From Octopus bimaculoides (lineage: Eukaryota): a stretch of 64,000 nt of DNA. The position numbers and the translations under genes were made by a program. Of this stretch, positions 24,826-37,085 are shown piece after piece. Location: contig NC_068983.1 of assembly GCF_001194135.2 (NCBI RefSeq), positions 19,975,366-20,039,365 on the forward strand, read 5' to 3'. Under the pieces are notes generated by a model. That model made no database searches and was not told the origin of the DNA. It saw only the letters and a program-made list of their open reading frames with translations. Numbering within the stretch: position 1 is the first letter of the stretch; every line of letters starts with the position of its first letter.

Positions 24826-25038
24826 AAGGCGGTGAACTGGCAGAATCGCTTCTGCGTTCGGCAAAATGCTTAGCGGTATTTCGTGCGTCTTTACGTTCTG
24901 GGTTTCAATGCCGCTGAGGTCGACTTTGCTTTTCATCCTTTCTGGATCGAGAAAATAAGTACCAGTTGAATACTGGAATCCATCTAATAGACTTACCCCT
25001 TCCCCCAAAATTGCTGGCCATGTGCCAAACCTTGAAAT
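24826..25038 (+). mobile_element. SINE family A (alternative-tail subfamily), full length
   Basis: AAGGCGGTGAACTGGCAGAATCG...GTCGACTTTGCTTTTCATCC...CTTACCCCTTCCCCCAAAATTGCTGGCCATGTGCCAAACCTTGAAA. Confidence 0.9.
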
Positions 25039-25077
25039 CAAAATTTAAGTTCGTTTTGCAACCAACTTGTTAAAATG

Positions 25078-25277
25078 TAGGGTGTCCATAAATTACCTCT
25101 ACAATTTGAAAAGTTCAGTAAAACTAGTGAAAAATAAGGATGTTTTGTAGGAAAACATAGATGAACAAGTAAAGTGTTATTGGTAACATAACAATTTTAT
25201 GTGGGCTCCATTTCTTTAAAGTCACATGTCTAGTCGATAAATTGTGGAAGTTGTAAAGATAATTTGTGAACACTCTG
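25078..25277. mobile_element. Tc1/mariner-type MITE
   Basis: 28 bp imperfect TIRs (TAGGGTGTCCATAAATTACCTCTACAAT vs reverse complement CAGAGTGTTCACAAATTATCTTTACAAC, 21/28 by my count), with TA at the right end. Confidence 0.7.
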
Positions 25278-27039
25278 TAATTCCTGCAGCCAGTTGGTGA
25301 GTAATATCTCTTGGTATTTTCAGAGCAGTGTGATGGTGGTTACAGTATTCAATTATTTGTTACTACGTTGGCACTTGAAATTACATCAAGGACAGCTTTC
25401 TTTTTGCACTTAGGTTTATTAAAATTAAGAAATAGATAAATATAGGTTTCTATATAGTCGACTATATTCTATCTGAAATGTAAGGCTTTATTCCAATGTC
25501 AGAAATGTATTTTTGTGTTGTAGAGCTGAGGCTCTGCAGAATCGATAAAACGTCTAACGAAAGACCCTTGCAGTAAATCTTTATTGCAGAACTGTCGGAA
25601 ATGTTAGTCTTATAGTCTTAACTGATTTATCCTATGATGTCTCGTCCTTTTATGTTAAGAGCTCTAATGCCCCAGGGTCAACTTCAGTTTATATATATTT
25701 CATAGACGTTCAAATAAGCGGTAGAATGATATGGAGATTCGTAAATCAATTTATTTAACTACACCTGACTCTCATAAATACAGTGACGAAATAAGGAAGC
25801 TGCTTTCGACATGTTAATTACTCTGGTTAAGAGAAATAAATGTGTACTGGCCTGAATTATTTCTAGTTTGGGTCTTCTAGATATACCATTTCAAATCCTT
25901 CATAGTCAACATATACATTGCCTTCGATGCTTGTTGATAAAATAGAGGGTATTTTCAAAGTTCATTTTATATTTATATCAAATATTTTCCTTGCGATTCG
26001 TTTTTGCATATCTTTAATATCTTTCGTATTTTGTAATAAATATCTAAGTATATTAAGATCCTCAACTGATCTGAAACGACCTCGGCTGCTGTACTAAAGT
26101 TTTACAACAAAATGATCTGTAAGCCAACGTCATAGCAGGTTGATTGCTAACCACACTAAAATATTAATATCCATTTATATGTTGTGGGGACAGAAGTTAA
26201 TTTGCTGATTATAATTCGTGTCTGAAGAATTTGAGAAGTATGTAAAGGAAAAATAAACCTAACAATAACATCGACAATGTTTTCGATTATTCTGTTTGTT
26301 TTTGTTTACATAAATGCCGCGGGGACGTTTAAAATACCATGTATATTTTAATGATATAATATTAATATATGACTTCAACAACAAAATTGGGTTCTGTCAC
26401 AGAATTTCTTTGTAATGACTACTTTAATACGATACAATTATTCTACCTATAATTATATCTTCAGAATAGAATGTGGTTTTATGTGAGTTTGACGTTTAGC
26501 GTTATGTTAGAGTAGTCACTGTTTTATCAGCAGACATTTACGTAGTAGAGAGACGATATTTGATATATTGATATTCACAAGATTGAAAGTCTGCAAAGGT
26601 TTTCACGTTTTCTTGTGACAAATTATTGAATATCAATGAAATCCAATTTCCTAGTGTAGCTCTATTATCAACCAACTTATTGCAAATATCAATGGAGATG
26701 GGGGAGATTACTTGTAGATTACTTCGAAATTAATTGGAGATTGATTAGTTACTGGAATAAATCTTAAACCGGTTATAGAACAATCCAACTACAAACAGCA
26801 GGTCACCATAGAATTTACACAATGAGGATGCAACATTAGTTTAAAGTGGAGGCGTTTGGTGGAGAGATAGAAGAAGTGGCATGGTGTTTCACAAAATATC
26901 TTGTGATACAAAACGGTATTTCAATGTTCTGTGTTCACTTTTCAACGATTTTGGTTTTACCTTCGATTTCTTCTGATGTGTAGTAGTAGACCAAGCTGGT
27001 AAAATCAGTTGCGAGTCGACATATCTTTCAGTTCTTTAC

Positions 27040-27185
27040 GTTCTAAGTTAGAATTCCGCCAAAAGCATCTTTCCTTTTTGTCCTTTTTAGATCGAATAAA
27101 ATACCAGTCGAGTACTGATGGCCATGTAATTGCTTGATTAATCCTCTCTTCCAAAAATGTCTGGCCTTCTGTAAAAATTTGTAAC
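27040..27185 (+). mobile_element. SINE family A, degenerate 3' part
   Basis: TTACGTTCTAAGTTAGAATTCCGCC...TCGAATAAAATACCAGTCGAGTACTG...AAAATGTCTGGCCTT. Confidence 0.6.
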
Positions 27186-27944
27186 AATTATTAGTATTCT
27201 GATTATTCAACTATAAATTTAAGTCACTTTTGATTCGAATTTGTCTTCCATTTTCCCAGGGTTTAATATAAAAAGAGAAACTTTATATGTTATGCTGGTA
27301 TAAAAATGTCTGATATTGCGGCGGAGATTGTTACTTTCTTCTTGGTTTGATATCTTCATGCGTTGCTCACGTTGAGTTATTTCATTGACGCTTTCCCTAC
27401 AAGTCTTTCTTCCTGTGTACTTAAAAATAATAACAGCCTACACACTTTCATATGGCCTCCAGTTTTCTACCACCCTCATCTCTCGTTAAAAGTTGCCTGT
27501 CATTTTATGACAGCCTAAAGAAATTGGGAAAATTAATTGCAAATAGTTGCTTCAGATTGTTTTCAAGTTGTATGTATTCCACACTAATCTTTCTCGAATC
27601 GTTTCTGTACAAGATACATGAGAGTTGAATGATGGAGATAATGACAGTGGTTTATTTACAAGTTTATCGCTCCCTTATATGGCTGCTTCTGACTTGTTTC
27701 GAATGTCTTCAGAAATTCAACTTCACAGGTGTTCCAACTTCAATTGCTATTCGTGACAGCTATGTTTCAAACAAATGTTGAGATCTTTGAACATGATAGC
27801 CTGTAAATGGTCTATTGTTGAGTAAAATTCATTCCACTTCTATTTTACCATTCATTGTGATTGAGAGAAAGATTTTCACGGTTTCTAATGCAAAGACTCA
27901 GTGGAGTAAGGTGAATACTTATTTTTAAGTGTTTCACAGATTTA

Positions 27945-27970
27945 GATAAATAGATAGATAGAAAAATAGT

Positions 27971-28050
<80 letters not shown>

Positions 28051-28300
28051 TTGACAGGCAGACAGACAGACAGACAAACAGAATGATAGATAGAAAGATA
28101 GATAGAGAGATAGATAGATAGATAGATAGATAGATGGATGGATGGATGGATAGATAGACAGATAGATAGACAGATAGAAAAAGAGAGAGATTTTTGGAAG
28201 TGTATATAAGAAAATATGCAAGTATTATGTATGTATGTAGGTAGGTAGGTAGGCAGGCAGTTAGGTAGGTAGGTAGGTAGGTAGATAGGCAGGTTGGGAG
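27945..28300. repeat. Composite (GATA)n/(GACA)n/(GATG)n/(TAGG)n microsatellite
   Basis: Directly visible. It explains the LSIY-repeat ORFs. Confidence 0.92.
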
Positions 28301-28607
28301 AGGGAGACGGGAAAGAGAAAGATAAGGAGGGTGAGTGAGGGAGGCAGGTGCTACCACGTATATACGTGGATAGGTAAGTACATGAATATATACACGTACA
28401 ATAGTATGGGATATGTATGTAAGGATATAGGTAAATGCGTACATGCGTATGTAAGTTGGTATCTCGTTGGGCAGATAGGAATATTGTTGTTAGGGTGGGA
28501 ATGTGAGTAAACAGGTATGTAAATAGGTAGAATGATTGGTGTACATGTAGTATCTGAGATGATAAATGTAAGTCAGCGTAAAATTTTAACGTAATACAAT
28601 TGAACCA

Positions 28608-28790
28608 TTCTTGACAGCTGGTGTTTGTGTTTTGGGGTCACCGCAACGTAGCGCATCGGCAAAAGAGACTAATAGAATAAGTACCAGATTTTAAGCAAAA
28701 TAAGTACTAGAGTTGATTCGCTCGATAAACACTCTTCAACGCGGTGCCCTAGCAAGGCCGCAGCCTAATCACTGACACAAGCATAAAAAA
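28608..28790 (+). mobile_element. SINE family C, tail
   Basis: TTGACAGCTGGTGTTTGTG...CGGCAAAAGAGACTAATAGAATAAGTACCAG...GCGGTGCCCTAGCAAGGCCGCAG. Confidence 0.7.
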
Positions 28791-30790
28791 TAGACACCTT
28801 AAAACCAAACGGTTGTTCTGTGCTAGTTGCATTCTTCCTCTAATATTTTTAATTTTCTTTTGCCTTTTCAATGTACCGAAAGACATTTTTCCCCTTAGGA
28901 TTTCATTTTGGTAACTGTTTCAATTTGATTCGATTTACTTACATTACTAATACCTGTCGCAAAAAACGAAAGTCGTGACACCTTCTCGATGAAGGTGAAG
29001 TATTTCCAGTTAACTTTAATGACTAGGTGGCGTTTCATTCATATTTTTCGAAACGAATGTATTTACAAGCTTAACTCTAATATCATAAGAGGTGGCATTT
29101 ATAATTACAGCTAGAGGGAGAAGATAATTAGATCGTGTGTATATAGAAAGAAAGTTAAGTTCAAATAGAACAAATATTCAGGGAATATAAATATATGTAT
29201 ATGTGTGTAATATATATGTTTGTGTGTGTGTGTGTGTGTGTATACATATATATATAGTTATATATCTATACATTGAAAGAGAGAGAGAGAGAGATAGAAA
29301 GAGAAGCACGCACAGAGAATGAGTGAGATAACTGTTATACTGATTCTAATACACATTTACACATATATTCCTGTATACATATATGTATGCATGTATGCAT
29401 TATGCATGTATGTAAGTATCTATGTATATATAATAAACATCATGTAAAAGCTGCTTTCATAAAATAAAAGTACATAGACACGCATGTACAGTTATATATA
29501 TATGTGTGTGTGTGTGTGTCGGTGTGTGTGAATCTATATATATATATATATATATATATANNNNNNNNNNNNNNNNNNNNNNNNNNNNNNNNNNNNNNNN
29601 NNNNNNNNNNNNNNNNNNNNNNNNNNNNNNNNNNNNNNNNNNNNNNNNNNNNNNNNNNNNNNNNNNNNNNNNNNNNNNNNNNNNNNNNNNNNNNNNNNNN
29701 NNNNNNNNNNNNNNNNNNNNNNNNNNNNNNNNNNNNNNNNNNNNNNNNNNNNNNNNNNNNNNNNNNNNNNNNNNNNNNNNNNNNNNNNNNNNNNNNNNNN
29801 NNNNNNNNNNNNNNNNNNNNNNNNNNNNNNNNNNNNNNNNNNNNNNNNNNNNNNNNNNNNNNNNNNNNNNNNNNNNNNNNNNNNNNNNNNNNNNNNNNNN
29901 NNNNNNNNNNNNNNNNNNNNNNNNNNNNNNNNNNNNNNNNNNNNNNNNNNNNNNNNNNNNNNNNNNNNNNNNNNNNNNNNNNNNNNNNNNNNNNNNNNNN
30001 NNNNNNNNNNNNNNNNNNNNNNNNNNNNNNNNNNNNNNNNNNNNNNNNNNNNNNNNNNNNNNNNNNNNNNNNNNNNNNNNNNNNNNNNNNNNNNNNNNNN
30101 NNNNNNNNNNNNNNNNNNNNNNNNNNNNNNNNNNNNNNNNNNNNNNNNNNNNNNNNNNNNNNNNNNNNNNNNNNNNNNNNNNNNNNNNNNNNNNNNNNNN
30201 NNNNNNNNNNNNNNNNNNNNNNNNNNNNNNNNNNNNNNNNNNNNNNNNNNNNNNNNNNNNNNNNNNNNNNNNNNNNNNNNNNNNNNNNNNNNNNNNNNNN
30301 NNNNNNNNNNNNNNNNNNNNNNNNNNNNNNNNNNNNNNNNNNNNNNNNNNNNNNNNNNNNNNNNNNNNNNNNNNNNNNNNNNNNNNNNNNNNNNNNNNNN
30401 NNNNNNNNNNNNNNNNNNNNNNNNNNNNNNNNNNNNNNNNNNNNNNNNNNNNNNNNNNNNNNNNNNNNNNNNNNNNNNNNNNNNNNNNNNNNNNNNNNNN
30501 NNNNNNNNNNNNNNNNNNNNNNNNNNNNNNNNNNNNNNNNNNNNTATATATATATATATAAAATTTATTAATGAGGGTAGAAATTGATATTAATCAATTA
30601 AAACCATGGTACGTATGTTTATCGTTTTTTTTTAATTTAGATTTTTTTTCATTTGTCTTGCCCTTTTACAGTCAGTCTGTTGTGTCACTAAATTTTTACT
30701 GAGAACATATATTTCTTTTCGTGGTTAGATGATTCGGCATCTATTTCTAGCATATAGGAGTCCACTTTTGCAGGTTATTCCTCTTATTTT

Positions 30791-30867
<77 letters not shown>

Positions 30868-31124
30868 AACCAAAATCCACCCTGATTCACCACCTTGTTA
30901 ATTAGTCATTTCTATTGATAAACTTACGCAACCGCGTTTTCCAAGAGAGCTCAGTATTAACCTTGCTATTTCGCCTTGTAAAAGCACCACACAACAATTT
31001 TAAGAATAAGTACGGTGATGTGTACATCTTGCAGAATGGTTAGCCTAACTACCTGTTTTACCAGTGTATGCAAATGGCTAAAAGCAGCAGAATGTTCTAC
31101 ACAACATCGTCAATAACATCGAGA

Positions 31125-31173
31125 AAGGTAGACAAATGTATAAGGTAGACAAATGTATAAGGTAGACAAATGC
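31125..31173. repeat. 17 bp tandem repeat x~3
   Basis: (AAGGTAGACAAATGTAT)2 followed by AAGGTAGACAAATGC. Confidence 0.95.
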
Positions 31174-31324
31174 AATATATATCGTGTGTAGATTGCATCG
31201 ATAACCAGCTGGAGGGGGATCCTCCTGCGATTAAAATCGGTAGTAACGCCGATTCCTATGGAACAACTATATTGATGTGGCAATAAACATTACTTATATC
31301 AAAATATAAACATACATAACCATT

Positions 31325-31390
<66 letters not shown>

Positions 31391-32661
31391 CAGGCAGAAA
31401 GGCAGGCAGACAGATAGGCAGACAGACAGACAGACAGATAGATAGATAGATAGATANNNNNNNNNNNNNNNNNNNNNNNNNNNNNNNNNNNNNNNNNNNN
31501 NNNNNNNNNNNNNNNNNNNNNNNNNNNNNNNNNNNNNNNNNNNNNNNNNNNNNNNNATATATATATATATATATATACACGTGTGTATGTTTAATGTGCG
31601 TATGTATATATACGTATATATTTATATATGTATATGCGAGTAAAAATAAATACAAAAAAGGGGGGGTTGTATGATTGTGTATAGAGGAATATATTATTGT
31701 GCTTAAAAGAGTTCCAACACTGTCTGTTTTTTATGTTTTATTTATATTCCTGCAAAACCAATGTGGGATATAGAATATGGAATATACAATATATAATATA
31801 AAATAAAAATGGATGGTACTATGAAATAAAGTATTGAATGTCTTATTGAATATATGGAATATGTCTTATTGAATAGATGAAATATTGAGTGTTCAATATA
31901 AAGGATTAAATATATAAAGGCGAATACGTATTTTCTATACCTTGTGGTATTTCAACATGGCCGGTATGACAGACTTTAACAGACACATCCCCTCTCGTTC
32001 TTCCTCTGTTTTCTACTACGTATCTCTCTTTACCCCTCTCGTTCTTCCTCTGTTACTACTACGTATCTCTTCCCCCCCCCTCGTACTTCCTCTCTTCCTC
32101 TTTTCCTATCGTTGCTCACCTATTCTTCTACTTCCTCCTTTTGTTTCTCCCTCTACCACTCTCTCTCTTCCCCTTACACCGGCATGGTCACATGCTTCCG
32201 GTCAATAATCCTTTCCTTCCTTGGCTATCGCCAAGCAAACACGCGAACTTACTTCGTCCCCACTTCCAAGTTTGTGCCTCACAGCGTTCATACGCACATA
32301 ATTTTTCCCGTTTGGCCGTATAGCCTTTTCCGTTTGTTTTCCTGTCTTGTCTTTTTTCCGCCACTACATTCCTCCATGGCAAGGTTTAATTTGTGTATAC
32401 AAATTTAATTTGCTGTCCATGGGAAGAGCCGTTTTAACGATCCGTCCTACCCAGCTCTTCGAAACGCCGGTGTTAAAACGGGAGTAGCTGATGAAGGAAA
32501 ATGTTCTCTATGTGGCTTGTGTGTTTTCTTGTCTACGTTTTCTTTGCAATGTCCTGTACCCAAATATGCACCTATACATACAGGTGGATGTCGGTATACA
32601 CATACCTGTACGTATATATNNNNNNNNNNNNNNNNNNTATATATATATAGATAGATATATT

Positions 32662-32704
<43 letters not shown>

Positions 32705-33445
32705 AGACACTAACATATATGTGTGAGTGTGTATGTGTGTGTATACATATTCACATTTTATCAGCCACTCTTTCTCTTCCTCAGTATCTGCATATATATT
32801 TACACACACAAGCACGTGCAGACGTACAAAAACACACACAGACACACACACACACATACACACACACTCACACACACACACACACACACACGCACACACA
32901 CCTATATTATTTATGTTTCCTTCTTTTTCGTTTTTCGTTTTCTTCCCATTCATTTACATATTTGTGACGAAAGTGAATTGACCGAATAAATATGGTGTCA
33001 ATACTTCGGCTCATATATCTTCTTGTCTTTGCATAGACGGTCCTGATTCCGGATAGTAGCGTAAAGTGACGAACCTGACGCTCAGACGATATAGCTTACA
33101 GAGCGGAAATTAAATACCAAGCTCGTAGTTCGGTAATTTAGCACCAAATCAAGCTGTCAAAATGCCTAACGGCTATTTGGTTTGCTGGATTGTGTTCGAA
33201 TTCATTGCTGTGTATGTCATCTTATTTCCTATTCGTCTTATTTATATGACTAAGGCAAAATTCGATTATTTATGCGACTATATGTTTGGATGATTGCAAA
33301 TTTTTGTAAAAGTCTACTTGTTTAATTATAGCTATCTATAAGAATTTTGTGAGGTTTTTGTTTCAATTTTATTTCTTTATTTATTTATTTTGACAGAAGA
33401 TGGAATATGTATGTGCAACAGATAGATAAAAAGATACAGAAGTGC

Positions 33446-33484
<39 letters not shown>

Positions 33485-33980
33485 NNNNNNNNNNNNNNNN
33501 NNNNNNNNNNNNNNNNNNNNNNNNNNNNNNNNNNNNNNNNNNNNNNNNNNNNNNNNNNNNNNNNNNNNNNNNNNNNNNNNNNNNNNNNNNNNNNNNNNNN
33601 NNNNNNNNNNNNNNNNNNNNNNNNNNNNNNNNNNNNNNNNNNNNNNNNNNNNNNNNNNNNNNNNNNNNNNNNNNNNNNNNNNNNNNNNNAATCAAGAGGG
33701 GAAAGATGTGACCTAGAGATGTAGTATGCATATAGAATGGTAGGTGTGTGGCGTTATATACTGGAGAATTAAAATATTATTTCAAACAAGCTCAAATTTC
33801 CTTCGTCATTCTTACTGAGCCATAAGAATATGTCTGCCTCTAAAAATGTCTGCCTCCCGCTCTCCTTGTCTTTATGTATGTTTGTCGCTCTCTTTCCTCT
33901 GACGTTTATTTTTATTTTTTTTTTTTTTGCTTAAACACGCCGGTAGTATCTTATTTTTCTTTCTACTTTTGTATTCCCAG

Positions 33981-34060
33981 TGGGCTCCTTAGAAGAAGCA
34001 TTATACAGCTACCGCTTCATGTTTTGTTGAAAACAATAGTGAGGATTATGATGGTTGGAG
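33981..34060 (+). CDS. Candidate short internal exon
   Basis: A long pyrimidine tract ...TTTGTATTCCCAG| and donor GGAG|GTAAAC. It is open in one frame (GLLRRSIIQLPLHVLLKTIVRIMMVG), or KKHYTATASCFVENNSEDYDGW from an alternative AG at 33992. Confidence 0.25.
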
Positions 34061-34244
34061 GTAAACGGTGCAGAACTTCCGTCTTGGAAGTCATCCAATC
34101 ACGAATATATTATTATAATGCTGCATAAATATGATTAAAACAAGACGATATACATATACAAATGTAAAGGTATCTGTCTGACTTATGAGATACTTGACCT
34201 AAACATCACAAATTTGCATTGGCACAAATATAGCTTTGTTTTCA

Positions 34245-34385
34245 TAGGCGCAAATAAACTCATTTTCCAGCCGTGCAGTTTAGGTTTCAGCCCTTTTGCA
34301 TGGCATCCTTGTCAAGTCTATTCTAATACAGTCCAAGGCCGATTAATTGAATTCCGTTGACGGAAACTCTATTGAAGCCTACGCT
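34245..34385 (+). mobile_element. SINE family C, degenerate head
   Basis: ATAGGCGCA...GGTTTCAGCCC...GCATGGCATCCTTGTCAAGT...GTTGACGGAAACT...GAAGCC. Confidence 0.55.
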
Positions 34386-34480
34386 GCCGCTGATTAGCTC
34401 CAAGAGGCCATCGCCTCTAGCTAGCTGTGACCATTATAACCTTCGAACAGGGAAGGTCAGCCGCTTCCCTATGCTGGTCT

Positions 34481-34533
34481 GGCATCTACGGACTAGTTTC
34501 AGGGTGTTTGCCCCTTATCAATGTAGAGCTGCC
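34481..34533 (-). ncRNA. Degenerate type I minimal hammerhead ribozyme fold within a GC-rich repeat (34385-34555)
   Basis: Minus strand: GGCA-gc-TCTAC-a | TTGATAA (CUGANGA with 2 changes) | GGGG-caaaca-CCCT | GAAA | C-TA-G-T-C | c-GTAGA-TGCC. All three helices can be drawn, and the cleavage triplet is GUC. Confidence 0.6.
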
Positions 34534-34551
34534 GAACCCAGCAGGCGTCGC

Positions 34552-34592
<41 letters not shown>

Positions 34593-35237
34593 CGTGGAGA
34601 AAAGCGAGCAAGATAAATAATATTCTTAAGATTATAAACCTGGAAAATTACCGGACAATTTATTAAATCTGAAAGTACAGAACAAGAACATTTCTACTGA
34701 AAATATTGCAGCTAAGGATAACATTTTAAATAAAATATTTAGATTTAGAAAATATTAGCTTTTATTAAAGCTAAAAATTATATTACAAGTTATAACTTCT
34801 ATTTGTTATTACTTGTAATTGTATCAAAATAAAAAAATAACTCAATAATAACAGTAGTACCTAGTTAGTACAATAAATAGAATATTACAAAAATTAGCTA
34901 TATATTACGGTAAAATCTATCTTTAACTACATATTCACAGTAAAATTTGCTTGAGTTATTGCCTAAATTATTGCCAAGTCTACACATTTTTAGTTTTGAC
35001 CAAATGCCTATCTTTTACATAATGAATTTGCATACGATATATACTATTCTACTTTGCACAAAACTTTAGTTATATTGGTACTTCTGGCTCACATTTTTAA
35101 AGTATTCTAGTGTGTCAATATTTTCAAGAAATGATGGTACGTTTTTAAAATTATAATGTTAGTTTGTAAATTACGATCAAATAATTTTTAATTTTCAAAT
35201 CTTATCGTTAGCTGCAATATTCTAAGTACAAATTTTC

Positions 35238-35324
35238 TTGTCCTGTACTTTACCAGATGTAATAAGTTGTCCTGAACTTTTCCAAGTGTAATAACGTGTT
35301 CTGCAATTTTCTAGGTTTATAATC
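35238..35324. repeat. Degenerate ~29-30 bp tandem repeat x3
   Basis: TTGTCCTGTACTTTACCAGATGTAATAAG / TTGTCCTGAACTTTTCCAAGTGTAATAACG / TGTTCTGCAATTTTCTAGGTTTATAAT. Confidence 0.75.
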
Positions 35325-35782
35325 TTAAGAATATTTTTTCTTTTGATCACATCTTTTAATGTGATCCATGTTTTTTCCAGGCTATGTTATTATGCTAATT
35401 AATAACCTGTCAAATGTGTCAATTAACGGTGACATTTATTAAAAATCCCCTTATAGAACTATATTCATAAAAACATATAGAACCATATCATCACTCTTAA
35501 ATTTGAGAAACAAATGCTCATAACTTTTTTTCTTTTAGAACTTCATTGCATTAGATTGATACTATAAAATTCCTCGAATTGAGCTCTGTCATTCAAGCTT
35601 AATTAAAATATAGTTTGTTTTTAAAATAAAAAAAAGTTAATTATACTTAAATCCCATTTTCTTGCCTTACTTGTATTTTTTCATGATATTTTACTTCACA
35701 ACTTTCTTTAATGCAACTTTTTGTTGCATGGGAACAAATCTATGAAATTCTTCATGATTTCTTCTATTATTGAAGCTTCTTA

Positions 35783-36073
35783 TCTTATGCGCACTTTTAA
35801 AGCCTATCTAGGGTCATGGGCCCGGTTTCACGGTTTCTATGGTGTATGTGTTCCCCCCAGCTGGACGGGACGCCAGTCCATCGCAGCGTTAGTCAAGAAA
35901 CAGGAAGAAAGAGTGAGAGAAAGTTGGGGCGAAAGAGTATAACAGGGGTCGCCACCACCTCCTGCCGGAGTCTCGTGGAGTTTTAGGTGTTTTCGCTCAA
36001 TAGACACACACAACGCCCGGTCTGGGAATCGAAACCGCATTCCTTCGACCGCGAGTCCGCTGCCCTAACCACA
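35783..36073 (-). mobile_element. SINE family B (tRNA-derived)
   Basis: Minus strand GTGGTTAGGGCAGCGGACTCGCGGTCG...GGTTTCGATTCCCAGACCGGGCG...TGCGATGGACTGGCGTCCCGTCCAGC...GAAACCGGGCCCATGA. The 3' half is shared with 38150-38260. Confidence 0.88.
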
Positions 36074-36076
36074 GTA

Positions 36077-37085
36077 CAAGGACTGAAAAAATAAATCCGC
36101 TTGGCACAGATTGACCTCAAACAATGTTGTGCATGTGCACTAAGCTCTCACACTCTACCTCAATTCCGTTGTTTACAGCACTGCTTAGAAGGAAGGTGTG
36201 TAGCGTGCCATCGTTGCATTTTGCGCGTGAGACCAAGTAACCATGTCGATACCTGTTCAGAGGCCGATATAAAGTTGCAAAAAGTTTATGGAGAGAGTGT
36301 ATGAACCACACACAAGTGTACGAGTGGTTGAGATTGTTCCAAGATGGCCGCAAAAATGTCAACATTGGGGAAAGTGTGTAGCGTGTGAACGTCTCATTGA
36401 CTCTGACAGAGAAAGTTGAGCAGAGAATCTCCATCCAATTTTGTCAAAGCTTGGCGATACCTGCTCAGAAGCCTGTGCAAAGTTTTAAAAAGATTTCATC
36501 GTTTTCGATATAATCAAGATCTTGTGCAACTGACATCAGAATATCTTTTTAGACAGATGAAAGCAGTTTTGACACAAAGTTGGCATCCCTAAATCTTCAA
36601 TGATAATTGACGGAACTGAACTGTAACTAGTTTTCACATCCATTGATAATGCATGAATGGTGATTCGACCATATCTCATCACAGCTACACGCACATCTGC
36701 GATGTTTTTCTATTTTCTGCAGGTTGCGGGTCTCCCAGAACGTTCGTCAATAGCCACATTTTTTCGGCCATCTTGGAAACGTCGGAACCACTTGTACAGT
36801 AGTGTGAGACTCATACACTCCTCTCCATACACTTTCTGCAACATTGTGTTGGCCTCTGAGCAGGTATCACCATGACAGCTTTCTCTGTCGTGGTCAAATC
36901 GAGGATCACACGCAACGCACCTTCCACCCAAGCAGTGCTGGAAACAGCGAAAGTGAGCTAGAGCGTTAAATCTTAGAGCACAAGCACAACAGATTTTAAG
37001 GTCAATCTGTGCCAAGCGTCTTTACTCTGTGTACTTTAGCTTCGCTACTATGGAAACAGTCCCGGTACTTATTGATCAGACCTCA
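36077..37085. mobile_element. Non-autonomous mariner derivative made of two inverted 5' ends
   Basis: TA-flanked termini (TA-CAAGGACTGA.. / reverse complement TA-TGAGGTCTGATCAATAAGT). Both arms encode the mariner HTH N-terminus: + strand TEKVEQRISIQFCQ-LGDTCSEA; - strand GDTCSEA..LQKVYGEECMS...YKWFRRFQDGRKNVAIDERSGRP...IIEDLGM...KLLS. No DD34D domain is present. Confidence 0.88.
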
